From contig VERI01000006.1 in the NCBI GenBank assembly GCA_018882785.1, forward strand, positions 11,811 to 75,810: DNA of 64,000 bases, read 5' to 3'. Below are positions 30,551 through 38,987 of the stretch, piece by piece. The translations under genes were made by a program, and so were the position numbers. Every line of letters begins with the position of its first letter. Position 1 is the stretch's first letter. The notes under the pieces are model-generated. The model ran no database searches and had not been told where the DNA came from. It was given only the letters and a program-made list of their open reading frames with translations. The stretch comes from Burkholderiaceae bacterium (GTDB lineage: Bacteria; Pseudomonadota; Gammaproteobacteria; Burkholderiales; Burkholderiaceae_A).

Positions 30551-31558
30551 ATGGACAGCCCCCTCGTGCTCATTGCCCTCGCCGTGCTGCTGGTCGCCGC
30601 AGTGGCCATGGCCGTGCACCATGCAGAGGTCGTGGCCCTCAAAGTCGGTGAACCCTACGGCACCCTCATTCTTGCAGTCTGTGTAACGGTGATCGAGGTG
30701 GCGCTGATTGCCGCCGTGATGCTCTCCGGCAATGTGGGCAGCGAGACGATTGCCCGGGATGCGGTATTCGCTGCCATCATGATCGTGGCCAACGGGGTCG
30801 TGGGGATTTCGATTCTTGCCGGAGGCATCCGACATCACGAACTGGCCTTTCGAATCGAAGGCTCGAACTCGGCACTCACGGTGCTCATTGCCCTTGCAAC
30901 CCTGACACTTGTGCTGCCGGGATTCACCACCAGCTCGGCCGGGCCCACCTATATCAATAGCCAACTGATATTCGCCGGAATCTGCTCATTGGCGTTATAC
31001 GGAACGTTTGTATTTATTCAGACTGTTCGACACCGTGACTACTTCCTGCCCGTCGAGTCTACAGATCTGACCAATAAGGCTGTCCATGTGCCACCGCCCT
31101 CTCATCAGCGGGCAGCACGTAGCGGAGCGCTACTTCTCGGGTCTTTGATTGTAGTGGTCGTGCTTGCCAAGGCGCTCACTCCAGCAATCGAGCAGCTCGT
31201 GACTGGCCTGGGTGCCCCGAAGGCATTGGTAGGCGTGATGATTGCGGCCCTGGTACTGGCACCAGAGAGCATTGCAGCCATTCGCGCAGCGCTTGCAAAC
31301 CGGCTGCAGACGAGCCTGAACCTTGCGCTGGGGTCGGCCCTGGCCAGTATCGGGCTCACCATTCCGACCGTAGCCGTGCTCTCGATCGTTTTTGATCGGC
31401 CACTCACCCTGGGAATTGGTCCCGTCGACATTATTCTCTTGGTGCTCACCTTATTGGCCAGCATTACGACGATCGCAGGTGGCAAAACCGCTGTGCTTCA
31501 AGGGGCGGTGCACCTGATGATTTTTCTGGCGTATCTGTTTTTGACCATCGTCCCCTGA
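30551..31558 (+). CDS. chaA: calcium:proton antiporter (CaCA family, ChaA-like)
   Basis: Polytopic protein with two alpha-repeat-like blocks (GEPYGTLILAVCVTVIEVALI and LAPESIAAIRAA). The N-terminus may extend upstream. Confidence 0.7.
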   Translation: MDSPLVLIALAVLLVAAVAMAVHHAEVVALKVGEPYGTLILAVCVTVIEVALIAAVMLSGNVGSETIARDAVFAAIMIVANGVVGISILAGGIRHHELAFRIEGSNSALTVLIALATLTLVLPGFTTSSAGPTYINSQLIFAGICSLALYGTFVFIQTVRHRDYFLPVESTDLTNKAVHVPPPSHQRAARSGALLLGSLIVVVVLAKALTPAIEQLVTGLGAPKALVGVMIAALVLAPESIAAIRAALANRLQTSLNLALGSALASIGLTIPTVAVLSIVFDRPLTLGIGPVDIILLVLTLLASITTIAGGKTAVLQGAVHLMIFLAYLFLTIVP

Positions 31559-31591
31559 GCCCACAAGACTTCCGGATTCGCTTCACAACAG

Positions 31592-32323
31592 ATGGCGCAC
31601 ATTCTTATCACGGGACATAGCCGGGGGCTTGGCAGCGCGATTGCCGAGCAACTGCTTGATCTTGGCCACCATGTCTTGGGCCTTTCCCGAAACCCGCATC
31701 GCCGGCTCGGCAAACCTTATGGGCAACAGTTTCGCGAACTCTCTGTTGATCTCGGCCAGCCGCAGGCCTTAAGTGCGTTTCTGAGTACATCAATTCTGGA
31801 AGACTTTTTCAGATCAGCAGACCAGGCCCTACTCATTAACAACGCGGGATTGCTGACACCGATCGGGCCTGCAGGAACACTGGCTCAGGAGCGCATCCTT
31901 GAGTCCGTGACGGTCAATATCGCTGCAGCGCTCGGCCTGGCAAATCAGTTTATTGCGACCACAGCAGCGTGTGCAGATCGGCGTATCGCGCATATCTCCA
32001 GCGGCGCAGGCCGCAGCCCCTATGCCGGCTGGGGTGTCTATTGCGCCAGCAAGGCGGCCTTGGATCACCACGCACGCTGTCTCAATCTGGAGCTCCAAGG
32101 CCGTTGCCGCGTGGAGAGCATTGCCCCCGGCATCATTGACACTGGGATGCAGTCCCAGATCCGTGCCGCATCGTTAGAACAATTTCCGATGCGCCCAAAG
32201 TTTGATCAGCTCAAAGAAACAGGCAGCCTGGCGCCCGCCGAGGGCGTGGCAAAGAAACTCATCGGCCATCTGTTCAGTGATGCATATGGCGATTCGCCCT
32301 GCTCTGATCTAAGAGACTTTTAA
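31592..32323 (+). CDS. SDR family oxidoreductase
   Basis: ITGHSRGLG cofactor motif, NNAG, and a YxxxK catalytic pair (YCASK). Confidence 0.85.
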   Translation: MAHILITGHSRGLGSAIAEQLLDLGHHVLGLSRNPHRRLGKPYGQQFRELSVDLGQPQALSAFLSTSILEDFFRSADQALLINNAGLLTPIGPAGTLAQERILESVTVNIAAALGLANQFIATTAACADRRIAHISSGAGRSPYAGWGVYCASKAALDHHARCLNLELQGRCRVESIAPGIIDTGMQSQIRAASLEQFPMRPKFDQLKETGSLAPAEGVAKKLIGHLFSDAYGDSPCSDLRDF

Positions 32324-33250
32324 CACCGTGGATGACTGCTCCAGTATCAGTCGACGGGCGCGGGCAATCCCCTTGTAGTCGATGACCGATTCAGACATCG
32401 ATTGAAGGGCCTGAATCAGCAAATCCCGTCGTCCCGGCGCTGCAAGCACATCTGTCAGGCGGGCCACGAAGACTCGAATCAGAAATAAGCAGGCGAACCC
32501 CGCAAGCGGGACCGTCACCTGACGTTCACAGCGAAACCAGAGCTGATCAACGCGTGACACATCGGCAAGCGTATCGGCCCCTGGCTGCCGAGACAGCGCA
32601 TCATTTCCCGCAAGCGTCCAGACATAACGCACAAAGGGCCCTTTTTCGAGCATGGCCTCCGACATCGCAGGGGTTGCCCGTTGAAGCGCATCGTTTTCAG
32701 CGACTGGCTGATGAATCTGGATCATCGACTGGCCGAGCTTTTCCTCGGGAGACCAGCCGCTGGGAAAGGCTACCGACATCAGTACCGCATGCAGATCGCC
32801 GTTTGCCCCTGGCCGCATCAGAACAAAATCTTCTTGCACACTCAGCGTGAGGGCGGAAAAAAACTCCTCGGAATTCCGCGCCCTAAATCCACCAAGCCAG
32901 CGAAAACCGCCGTGATGGTCAATCGGCCCATGATCAGCCGCTACTGCATCCTGCACATGCCCGGCCAACTGCTCGAGCATCGATGCACCAAGCCCCGCAA
33001 TCGCAATGGGCAGCCTGGCCTGGCCCATCAGCCGATGTTTCTGCGCAATCCATTGTGGCCAGAGATGATCCTCGATCCATAACGGGGCTGGTCCTAATTT
33101 CACTAAGTCAGGCCGAACCCGAAATACGGACTCCACCGGAAAAGGAACTTCGGCCCGATGGGGCCAGCCGCCCAGATCGGCCGGGCCCGGCGGCGCCTGC
33201 GGAAAGCTTGCCAGAGGGGCAAAAGCTGAGATCTGGGTCGATATGGGCAT
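32309..33250 (-). CDS. DUF3445-type protein (fold of the heme-dependent oxidative N-demethylase alpha subunit)
   Basis: The block VQEDFVLM...AFPSGWSPEEKLGQSMIQIHQPV matches the DUF3445 core as I recall it. Confidence 0.6.
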   Translation of the reverse strand: MPISTQISAFAPLASFPQAPPGPADLGGWPHRAEVPFPVESVFRVRPDLVKLGPAPLWIEDHLWPQWIAQKHRLMGQARLPIAIAGLGASMLEQLAGHVQDAVAADHGPIDHHGGFRWLGGFRARNSEEFFSALTLSVQEDFVLMRPGANGDLHAVLMSVAFPSGWSPEEKLGQSMIQIHQPVAENDALQRATPAMSEAMLEKGPFVRYVWTLAGNDALSRQPGADTLADVSRVDQLWFRCERQVTVPLAGFACLFLIRVFVARLTDVLAAPGRRDLLIQALQSMSESVIDYKGIARARRLILEQSSTVLKVS

Positions 33251-33361
33251 AGTGCGCTGCGCCTCATTAGGGCAAATACGGAGGATGCCTCATGTTAAAA
33301 AGACACCTACACTTTGGCCTGAAAAATCCCCTCCATTTTTAACAAAAAAAGGCAAAAATTC

Positions 33362-34213
33362 ATGAGTAAACCCAGCCGCCTATTGTCCTGCCTGTTCGCG
33401 CTCTTGCTGGGCGCCACCACGGGCGTTGCCCTTGCTGATAGCCAGCTCGGCGATGATAAATACCGTCCGAATGTTGGCCAAGAGGGCAAAGATGTGATTT
33501 GGGTGCCCACAAACGATGAACTGGTCGGGAAGATGCTGGAGACAGCCAAAGTCACCGCGACCGACGTTGTGTACGACCTGGGCTCAGGTGATGGACGCAT
33601 TCCCGTGACGGCAGCCCGACAGTTTGGGGCGCGCTCAGTCGGCATCGAGTTCAACCCCGAGATGGCCGCGTTGGCCCGTCGTAATGCCCAGCGCGCCGGA
33701 GTTGCCGATAAGGTAAAGATCATCAACGGCGACATCTTTAAAGAAAATTTCACCGAGGCCACCGTGGTCACGATGTATCTTCTCCCTGATCTCAACCTTC
33801 GCCTGCGTCCGATTATTCTGAAAATGAGGCCAGGCACGCGTGTGGTTTCTCATGCCTTTGATATGGGCGATTGGGAACCTGATCAGAAAATTGAAACAAG
33901 CCGAGCCACCGGCTACTACTGGGTTGTGCCAGCCGATGTTGCCGGCGATTGGGCCATCGAGGGCCTTGAGGGAAATCCCAAGGCCACCTTAAAGCTTTCA
34001 CAGCGCTACCAGCGCGTGGGCGGCATTCTCACCATCGGCCAGACAAGTCAGCCGATTCTGGGGGCGCAGCTCGATGGCAGCCGACTCTCTTTCCGTTACC
34101 TCTCCGCTGGCGGCACACTGCATACCGTAAAGGCCGTGATTAAGGGCAACGCCCTAGAGGCGGAACATCAGAGCGGCTACTCGTATTCCCAGGTAAAGGG
34201 CACACGCCGCTAG
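33362..34213 (+). CDS. class I SAM-dependent methyltransferase with a cleavable-looking signal peptide and an extra C-terminal domain
   Basis: Leader MSKPSRLLSCLFALLLGATTGVALA-D and SAM motif I VYDLGSGDGRI. A beta-rich tail of about 100 aa follows. Confidence 0.7.
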   Translation: MSKPSRLLSCLFALLLGATTGVALADSQLGDDKYRPNVGQEGKDVIWVPTNDELVGKMLETAKVTATDVVYDLGSGDGRIPVTAARQFGARSVGIEFNPEMAALARRNAQRAGVADKVKIINGDIFKENFTEATVVTMYLLPDLNLRLRPIILKMRPGTRVVSHAFDMGDWEPDQKIETSRATGYYWVVPADVAGDWAIEGLEGNPKATLKLSQRYQRVGGILTIGQTSQPILGAQLDGSRLSFRYLSAGGTLHTVKAVIKGNALEAEHQSGYSYSQVKGTRR

Positions 34214-34216
34214 GCG

Positions 34217-35584
34217 TTGCCCACGCAAGTGAATTCAGCAGCAACGCCGCAGCGAATGCTGCGGCCCCTGGGGGCCGTTGCGATCATCGTCGGCATCGTT
34301 ATCGGTGCCGGGATCTTCAAGACACCGTCGATGGTGGCATCGGTCACCGGTGATATCGGCTGGCTTGTTCTCATCTGGTGTGCGGGAGCCATCATCTCTC
34401 TTGCCGGTGCGCTCTGCTATGCAGAGCTGTCCACTGCCTATCCCCATGCCGGTGGGGATTATCATTTTCTAAGCCTTGCCTACGGCAAAAATATTTCGTT
34501 TCTGTATGCCTGGGCAAAGGCCATGGTGATCAACACTGGGTCAATCGCACTATTGGCTTTTGTGTTTGGCGACTACATGAGCAAAGTCATTCCTTTAGGC
34601 GATGGATCTTCAGTGATCTGGGCGGCAGGAATCATCGTTACGCTCACATTGATCAATATTATTGGATTGCATATCTCTTCACATCTGCAATCTGTTCTGA
34701 CCGGACTCGAAGTCACCGGGCTTGTGGTAATTATCATTGCCGGCTTTTTCTTCACCGGCCCGGTCGGTCCCCAGCCGGATGCCTTCTCGGCAACACCACC
34801 GATTGGATTAATGGGGCTGGCCTTGGTCTTTGTGCTGCTAACATTTGGCGGCTGGAACGAAGCGGCCTACATCTCCTCAGAGGTCAAAGGCGGAGTGAAA
34901 ACAATTGTTCCGGTGATCATCGCGAGCCTGCTGCTCATCACCGTGATCTACCTTTTGGTGAATCTGGCCCTGCTTTCAGGCCTGGGTATCAAGGGGCTGG
35001 CGGACAGTAAAGCACCGGGTGCAGACCTGCTCAAGGCAGCCTTCGGTCCCTTGGGTGAAAAAGCGATTGGTGTCTTTGTCGCCGTCGCAACACTCACCAG
35101 CATCAATGCCACTCTGATCGTTGGCGCACGGGCCAACTATGCGCTCGGTAAGGACTGGCCGACGCTCAGGTTTCTTGGCAGTTGGCAGGCCCATCGCGGG
35201 TCGCCCACGGCCGCCTATGTCTCCCAGGGCGCGATCAGTCTGGCCTTGGTCGCGTTTGGTGCGCTCCAAACCAGTGGGTTTGAGTCGATGGTGGAATTCA
35301 CCGCCCCCGTGTTTTGGAGTTTTTTATGCCTTGTGGGCATTGCAGTCTTTGTACTTCGAGTCAGAGACCGTGGCGCCCATCGGCCGTTTCGTATTCCGCT
35401 GTATCCCCTGACCCCAATCGTATTTACGACAAGCTGCGGATATCTCGCCTATTCGAGCGTGACCTATGCGCAAAGCAAAGGCGCCCTGCACATATCACTT
35501 GGGGTCATGCTCTTCGGTGTGGCCGCCTTGGTCATCATGATGCTTGGTGCGCGGGGCGCACGGGCATCTTCTGACCAGACATAA
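34217..35584 (+). CDS. APC family amino acid/polyamine permease
   Basis: 455 aa with about 12 TM segments and the N-terminal IVGIVIGAGIFKTP motif. The start is a TTG. Confidence 0.8.
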   Translation: MPTQVNSAATPQRMLRPLGAVAIIVGIVIGAGIFKTPSMVASVTGDIGWLVLIWCAGAIISLAGALCYAELSTAYPHAGGDYHFLSLAYGKNISFLYAWAKAMVINTGSIALLAFVFGDYMSKVIPLGDGSSVIWAAGIIVTLTLINIIGLHISSHLQSVLTGLEVTGLVVIIIAGFFFTGPVGPQPDAFSATPPIGLMGLALVFVLLTFGGWNEAAYISSEVKGGVKTIVPVIIASLLLITVIYLLVNLALLSGLGIKGLADSKAPGADLLKAAFGPLGEKAIGVFVAVATLTSINATLIVGARANYALGKDWPTLRFLGSWQAHRGSPTAAYVSQGAISLALVAFGALQTSGFESMVEFTAPVFWSFLCLVGIAVFVLRVRDRGAHRPFRIPLYPLTPIVFTTSCGYLAYSSVTYAQSKGALHISLGVMLFGVAALVIMMLGARGARASSDQT

Positions 35585-35592
35585 GTCGTTGC

Positions 35593-35617
35593 GGCAAGGG
35601 CCGCGATGGGCCCTGCC
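35593..35617. terminator. GC-rich hairpin between convergent genes (possible bidirectional terminator)
   Basis: GGCAAGGGCC-gcgatg-GGCCCTGCC forms a 9-bp stem with one bulge. Neither strand has a U-tract after it. Confidence 0.3.
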
Positions 35618-35632
35618 CCAACCTATTGATCC

Positions 35633-36625
35633 TTAGTCGATTTTTGCGCCAGAGTCTTTTACAACCTTGGCCCATTTGGTCACCTCGGCGTTAACGAGTC
35701 GACCAAAGTCTTCCGGAGACTGCCCGCCGGCTTCTGCGCCCAGCGCCTTCCAGGCATCCTGCAGTTCTTTTGTCTGCAGTGCTTTCGCAACTTCTTGCTG
35801 CATCCGAACCACGATCTCTCTCGGCGTGCCCGCAGGTGCCCAGAGGGCATACCAGGTCTTGCCATCAAAACCCTTCAGGCCTAGTTCCGCCAACGAGGGC
35901 ACATCGGGCAGCGCAAAAGAGCGTTTCTCGGTTGTGACGGCGATCGGCGTGAGTTTGCCCGACTTAATCTGCGGCACCGATGAGCCCAGACCATCAAACA
36001 CCATGTCAATCTGGCCCGCCAAAAGATCTGCCATGGCAGGGCCCGCGCCACGGTACGGGATATGGGTGATAAATGTCCCCGTTGCGCCTTTAAACATCTC
36101 ACCAATGAGGTGATGGGTTGTGCCGCTGCCCGCAGAGCCGAAATTCAGCTTGCCAGGACGGGCCTTCACGAAGCTTAAAAACTCAGCGTAGTTCTTGACT
36201 GGAACTCTGGAGGGATTCACAACAATGACATTGGGAACCGCAGCGACCATGGTCACAGGAACAAGATCTTTTTGAAGATCGTAGCCGAGCTTGGGGTACA
36301 GAGAAACGGCAATGGTGTGATGGACTGCACCGACAAGAAATGTGTAGCCGTCTGCAGCAGACTTTGCTGCCGCCTCAGCACCGATCGTGCCGCCACCGCC
36401 ACCGCGATTGTCAATCACGATTGTCTGACCGAGTTGAGACGTCAACACCTTGCCCAATGGTCGGGCAAACGCGTCCGTACCACCCCCGGCCGGGAAGGGA
36501 ACAATTAACTTGACTGGCTTATTCGGCCATCCGGCCTGCGCAAAGGCGGGCGCGACTGACGATGACAGCAGGGCTCCCGCGCCAACAGCACCCAGGAATT
36601 TACGACGTGACACGATCGACATCAT
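35633..36625 (-). CDS. Bug family tripartite tricarboxylate transporter substrate-binding protein
   Basis: Tat-like leader RRKFLGAVGAGALL and the blocks WPNKPVKLIVPFPAGGGTD and GSAGSGTTHHL. Confidence 0.88.
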   Translation of the reverse strand: MMSIVSRRKFLGAVGAGALLSSSVAPAFAQAGWPNKPVKLIVPFPAGGGTDAFARPLGKVLTSQLGQTIVIDNRGGGGGTIGAEAAAKSAADGYTFLVGAVHHTIAVSLYPKLGYDLQKDLVPVTMVAAVPNVIVVNPSRVPVKNYAEFLSFVKARPGKLNFGSAGSGTTHHLIGEMFKGATGTFITHIPYRGAGPAMADLLAGQIDMVFDGLGSSVPQIKSGKLTPIAVTTEKRSFALPDVPSLAELGLKGFDGKTWYALWAPAGTPREIVVRMQQEVAKALQTKELQDAWKALGAEAGGQSPEDFGRLVNAEVTKWAKVVKDSGAKID

Positions 36626-36763
36626 TTCTCCTCAAGCAATCAGACTGCGGTCGACGATCTCAGAAAAGGCTGGCCTTGTGCCCCCGGGAAATCCCCCGTT
36701 CAGGCCGGTGCTATGACGTGAGGCCGGACGGGTAGCGGCGCCCTGCATGGCATAATTTGGCCC

Positions 36764-37036
36764 ATGTCGCGAACCGTGCAATGCATCAAACTTGGTAAAG
36801 AAGCCGAGGGCCTGGATTTTCCGCCGGTACCCGGTGATCTTGGAAAGAAAATCTGGCAGTCAGTGTCCAAGCAGGCCTGGCAGGACTGGATTCGACATCA
36901 GACCATGCTGGTGAATGAATACCGGCTAAATCTCTCCGACCCGAAGGCGCGCAAATACCTGAGCCAACAGATGGAACAGCACTTTTTCGGAAGTGGTGCC
37001 GAGGTCGCGTCTGGCTACGTACCGCCAAGCAATTAA
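36764..37036 (+). CDS. yggX: oxidative damage protection / Fe(2+)-trafficking protein
   Basis: 90 aa. [21 protein letters not shown]...[15 protein letters not shown] is diagnostic for YggX. Confidence 0.9.
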   Translation: MSRTVQCIKLGKEAEGLDFPPVPGDLGKKIWQSVSKQAWQDWIRHQTMLVNEYRLNLSDPKARKYLSQQMEQHFFGSGAEVASGYVPPSN

Positions 37037-37131
37037 CCCATCGGCATAGCCTTCGCCATGCCGTGACGCGCCGCCCGCGCTATAGCTAACGAGATTCCCA
37101 GGCGGGCCGCTCGGCCCCGACCGATGCTGCC

Positions 37132-37824
37132 TTAGACCTGCTTTTCGACGTCTTCAATGTCCTGGTGCCGGACATCACGGCCCTTCACCATATAGACCAC
37201 ATGCTCTGACATGTTCTTGGAATGGTCGCCAATCCGCTCCAGCGCCTTGGCCACAAACAACAGGTCAATGGAACGGGAGATGGTGCGGGAGTCCTCGATC
37301 ATGTAGCTGATCAGAAGCCTTAAGGTGTTTCTAAACTGATCATCCACCGCAATATCTTCGCGGATGACTTCCGCTAAAGACGATGAGTCATTGCGTGCAA
37401 AGCCATCCAACGACTGGTGCATCATTTTCATGACCAGATCAAACATGGCTGACAGCTCCACTCGCGGCGTGAATCGGGCATTGCTTTCATGGATGAATAA
37501 CGCCATCCGAGCGATCTTCTCGGCCTCGTCCCCGATCCGTTCAAGGTCACGAATCATTTTCATGCATGTGAGCACAAATCGCAGGTCATAAGCAGTGGGC
37601 TGACGCCGCGCAATCACATGGTTGCAACGGTCATCGATATCGACCTCCATGCGATTGACCTGCTTTTCTCTGTGCAGCACATCCCGCAGTAGGGCGATAT
37701 TGCCGTCATCCAGGCCAGAGATCGCACTGCGGATCATGCCCTCGACCAGACCTCCCAGCTCAAGCACGCTGGTGCGGATGGCTTCAAGCTCCTTATCGAA
37801 TTCCTTGGAGGTGTGCTGGGGCAT
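37132..37824 (-). CDS. phoU: phosphate signalling complex protein PhoU
   Basis: Duplicated PhoU repeats (DLERIGDEAEKIA and ALERIGDHSKNMSE). Start set at the ATG that follows an AAGGA Shine-Dalgarno. Confidence 0.92.
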   Translation of the reverse strand: MPQHTSKEFDKELEAIRTSVLELGGLVEGMIRSAISGLDDGNIALLRDVLHREKQVNRMEVDIDDRCNHVIARRQPTAYDLRFVLTCMKMIRDLERIGDEAEKIARMALFIHESNARFTPRVELSAMFDLVMKMMHQSLDGFARNDSSSLAEVIREDIAVDDQFRNTLRLLISYMIEDSRTISRSIDLLFVAKALERIGDHSKNMSEHVVYMVKGRDVRHQDIEDVEKQV

Positions 37825-37871
37825 CGGCTGTCCTTTGGGTGTCAACAGGAGGAGTCTAGATCAATCTTGTT

Positions 37872-38546
37872 TCAGTTATGTTGCAGCCGAACCACGCCCG
37901 CCGGGGAGGCCACCAAGGCCAGATCCGCCCTGCGGAGGGCAAAGATCCCATTGGTCACAATCCCTGGAATCTGATTTAAGGTGCGCTCCATAGCCTCCGG
38001 ATCCTCGATCTGCAGGCCCCGGACGTCCAGAATTGGATGGCCGTTATCGGTCAGCACCCCTGACCGCAGCACTGGCTCACCGCCAAGCGCCCGAATGGCC
38101 CAGCTGACGGGTGTGATCGCGGACGCGATGACCTCGCACGGCAGAGGAAACCGGCCCAGGATCTCCACCCGCTTAGAGGCATCGACAATACAAATAAACC
38201 GCCGTGCAGCGCTCGCGACGATCTTCTCCTGCGTGAGGGCACCCCCACCGCCCTTAATCATGCACAGACGGGCATCGATTTCATCCGCGCCGTCGATGTA
38301 CAGATCCATGGGCTCCTTGAGCGCCTCCAGCCCGATGACCCGTACGCCCAAAGACTCCAGGCGGGTAGATGTCCGGCGTGAGCTGGACACAGCTGCCGCC
38401 AGCCGAACCCCCGCACGCGCCAATTCATCAATAAAACAATCGACCGTAGAGCCCGTGCCGACCCCCAGTATGGTTCCCTCCCGTACCTCGGCCACAGCCG
38501 CCTTCGCTACCGCAATCTTCAACGCCTGTTGGTCCGGGATCGTCAT
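37872..38546 (-). CDS. rpiA: ribose-5-phosphate isomerase A
   Basis: Blocks GVGTGSTV, YIDGADEID and KGGGGALTQEK. Confidence 0.92.
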   Translation of the reverse strand: MTIPDQQALKIAVAKAAVAEVREGTILGVGTGSTVDCFIDELARAGVRLAAAVSSSRRTSTRLESLGVRVIGLEALKEPMDLYIDGADEIDARLCMIKGGGGALTQEKIVASAARRFICIVDASKRVEILGRFPLPCEVIASAITPVSWAIRALGGEPVLRSGVLTDNGHPILDVRGLQIEDPEAMERTLNQIPGIVTNGIFALRRADLALVASPAGVVRLQHN

Positions 38547-38581
38547 ACAATGCCTTGGGTCAAAAGTAGAGGAATTGTGCC

Positions 38582-38968
38582 ATGTCTAAAGTGAAGTACG
38601 ACTGCAGCAAATGCCCGGGATACTGCTGTAGTTACCCCCGAATCTCTGTCACTAAAAAAGATGTCCGCCGGCTGGCAAAGCACTTCGGCATCACAGAGGC
38701 GGCCGCCTGGAAAAAATATATTGAGCGCTATGTGGTCGAAGACGGGGAAGACAAAGGCGAAGTCGAACATATCCTGAAGCATAAAAAAGACCATATCTAC
38801 GCCACGATCTGCCAATTCTTTGATCGTGATGAGCGACGCTGCACCATCTACGAAGCCCGCCCAGGCGTCTGTCGTGAGTATCCGGATGGCAAAGTCTGTG
38901 GCTATTACAACTTCCTGAAGTTTGAGCGCAAACACCAGGGCGATAAGGAATTCATTCCCAGCGCGTAA
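38582..38968 (+). CDS. YkgJ family cysteine-cluster protein
   Basis: CSKCPGYCC at the N-terminus and C-x-IY...PGVCREYP near the C-terminus. Confidence 0.75.
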   Translation: MSKVKYDCSKCPGYCCSYPRISVTKKDVRRLAKHFGITEAAAWKKYIERYVVEDGEDKGEVEHILKHKKDHIYATICQFFDRDERRCTIYEARPGVCREYPDGKVCGYYNFLKFERKHQGDKEFIPSA

Positions 38969-38987
38969 GCCGTGATGTCAGGCCCAC

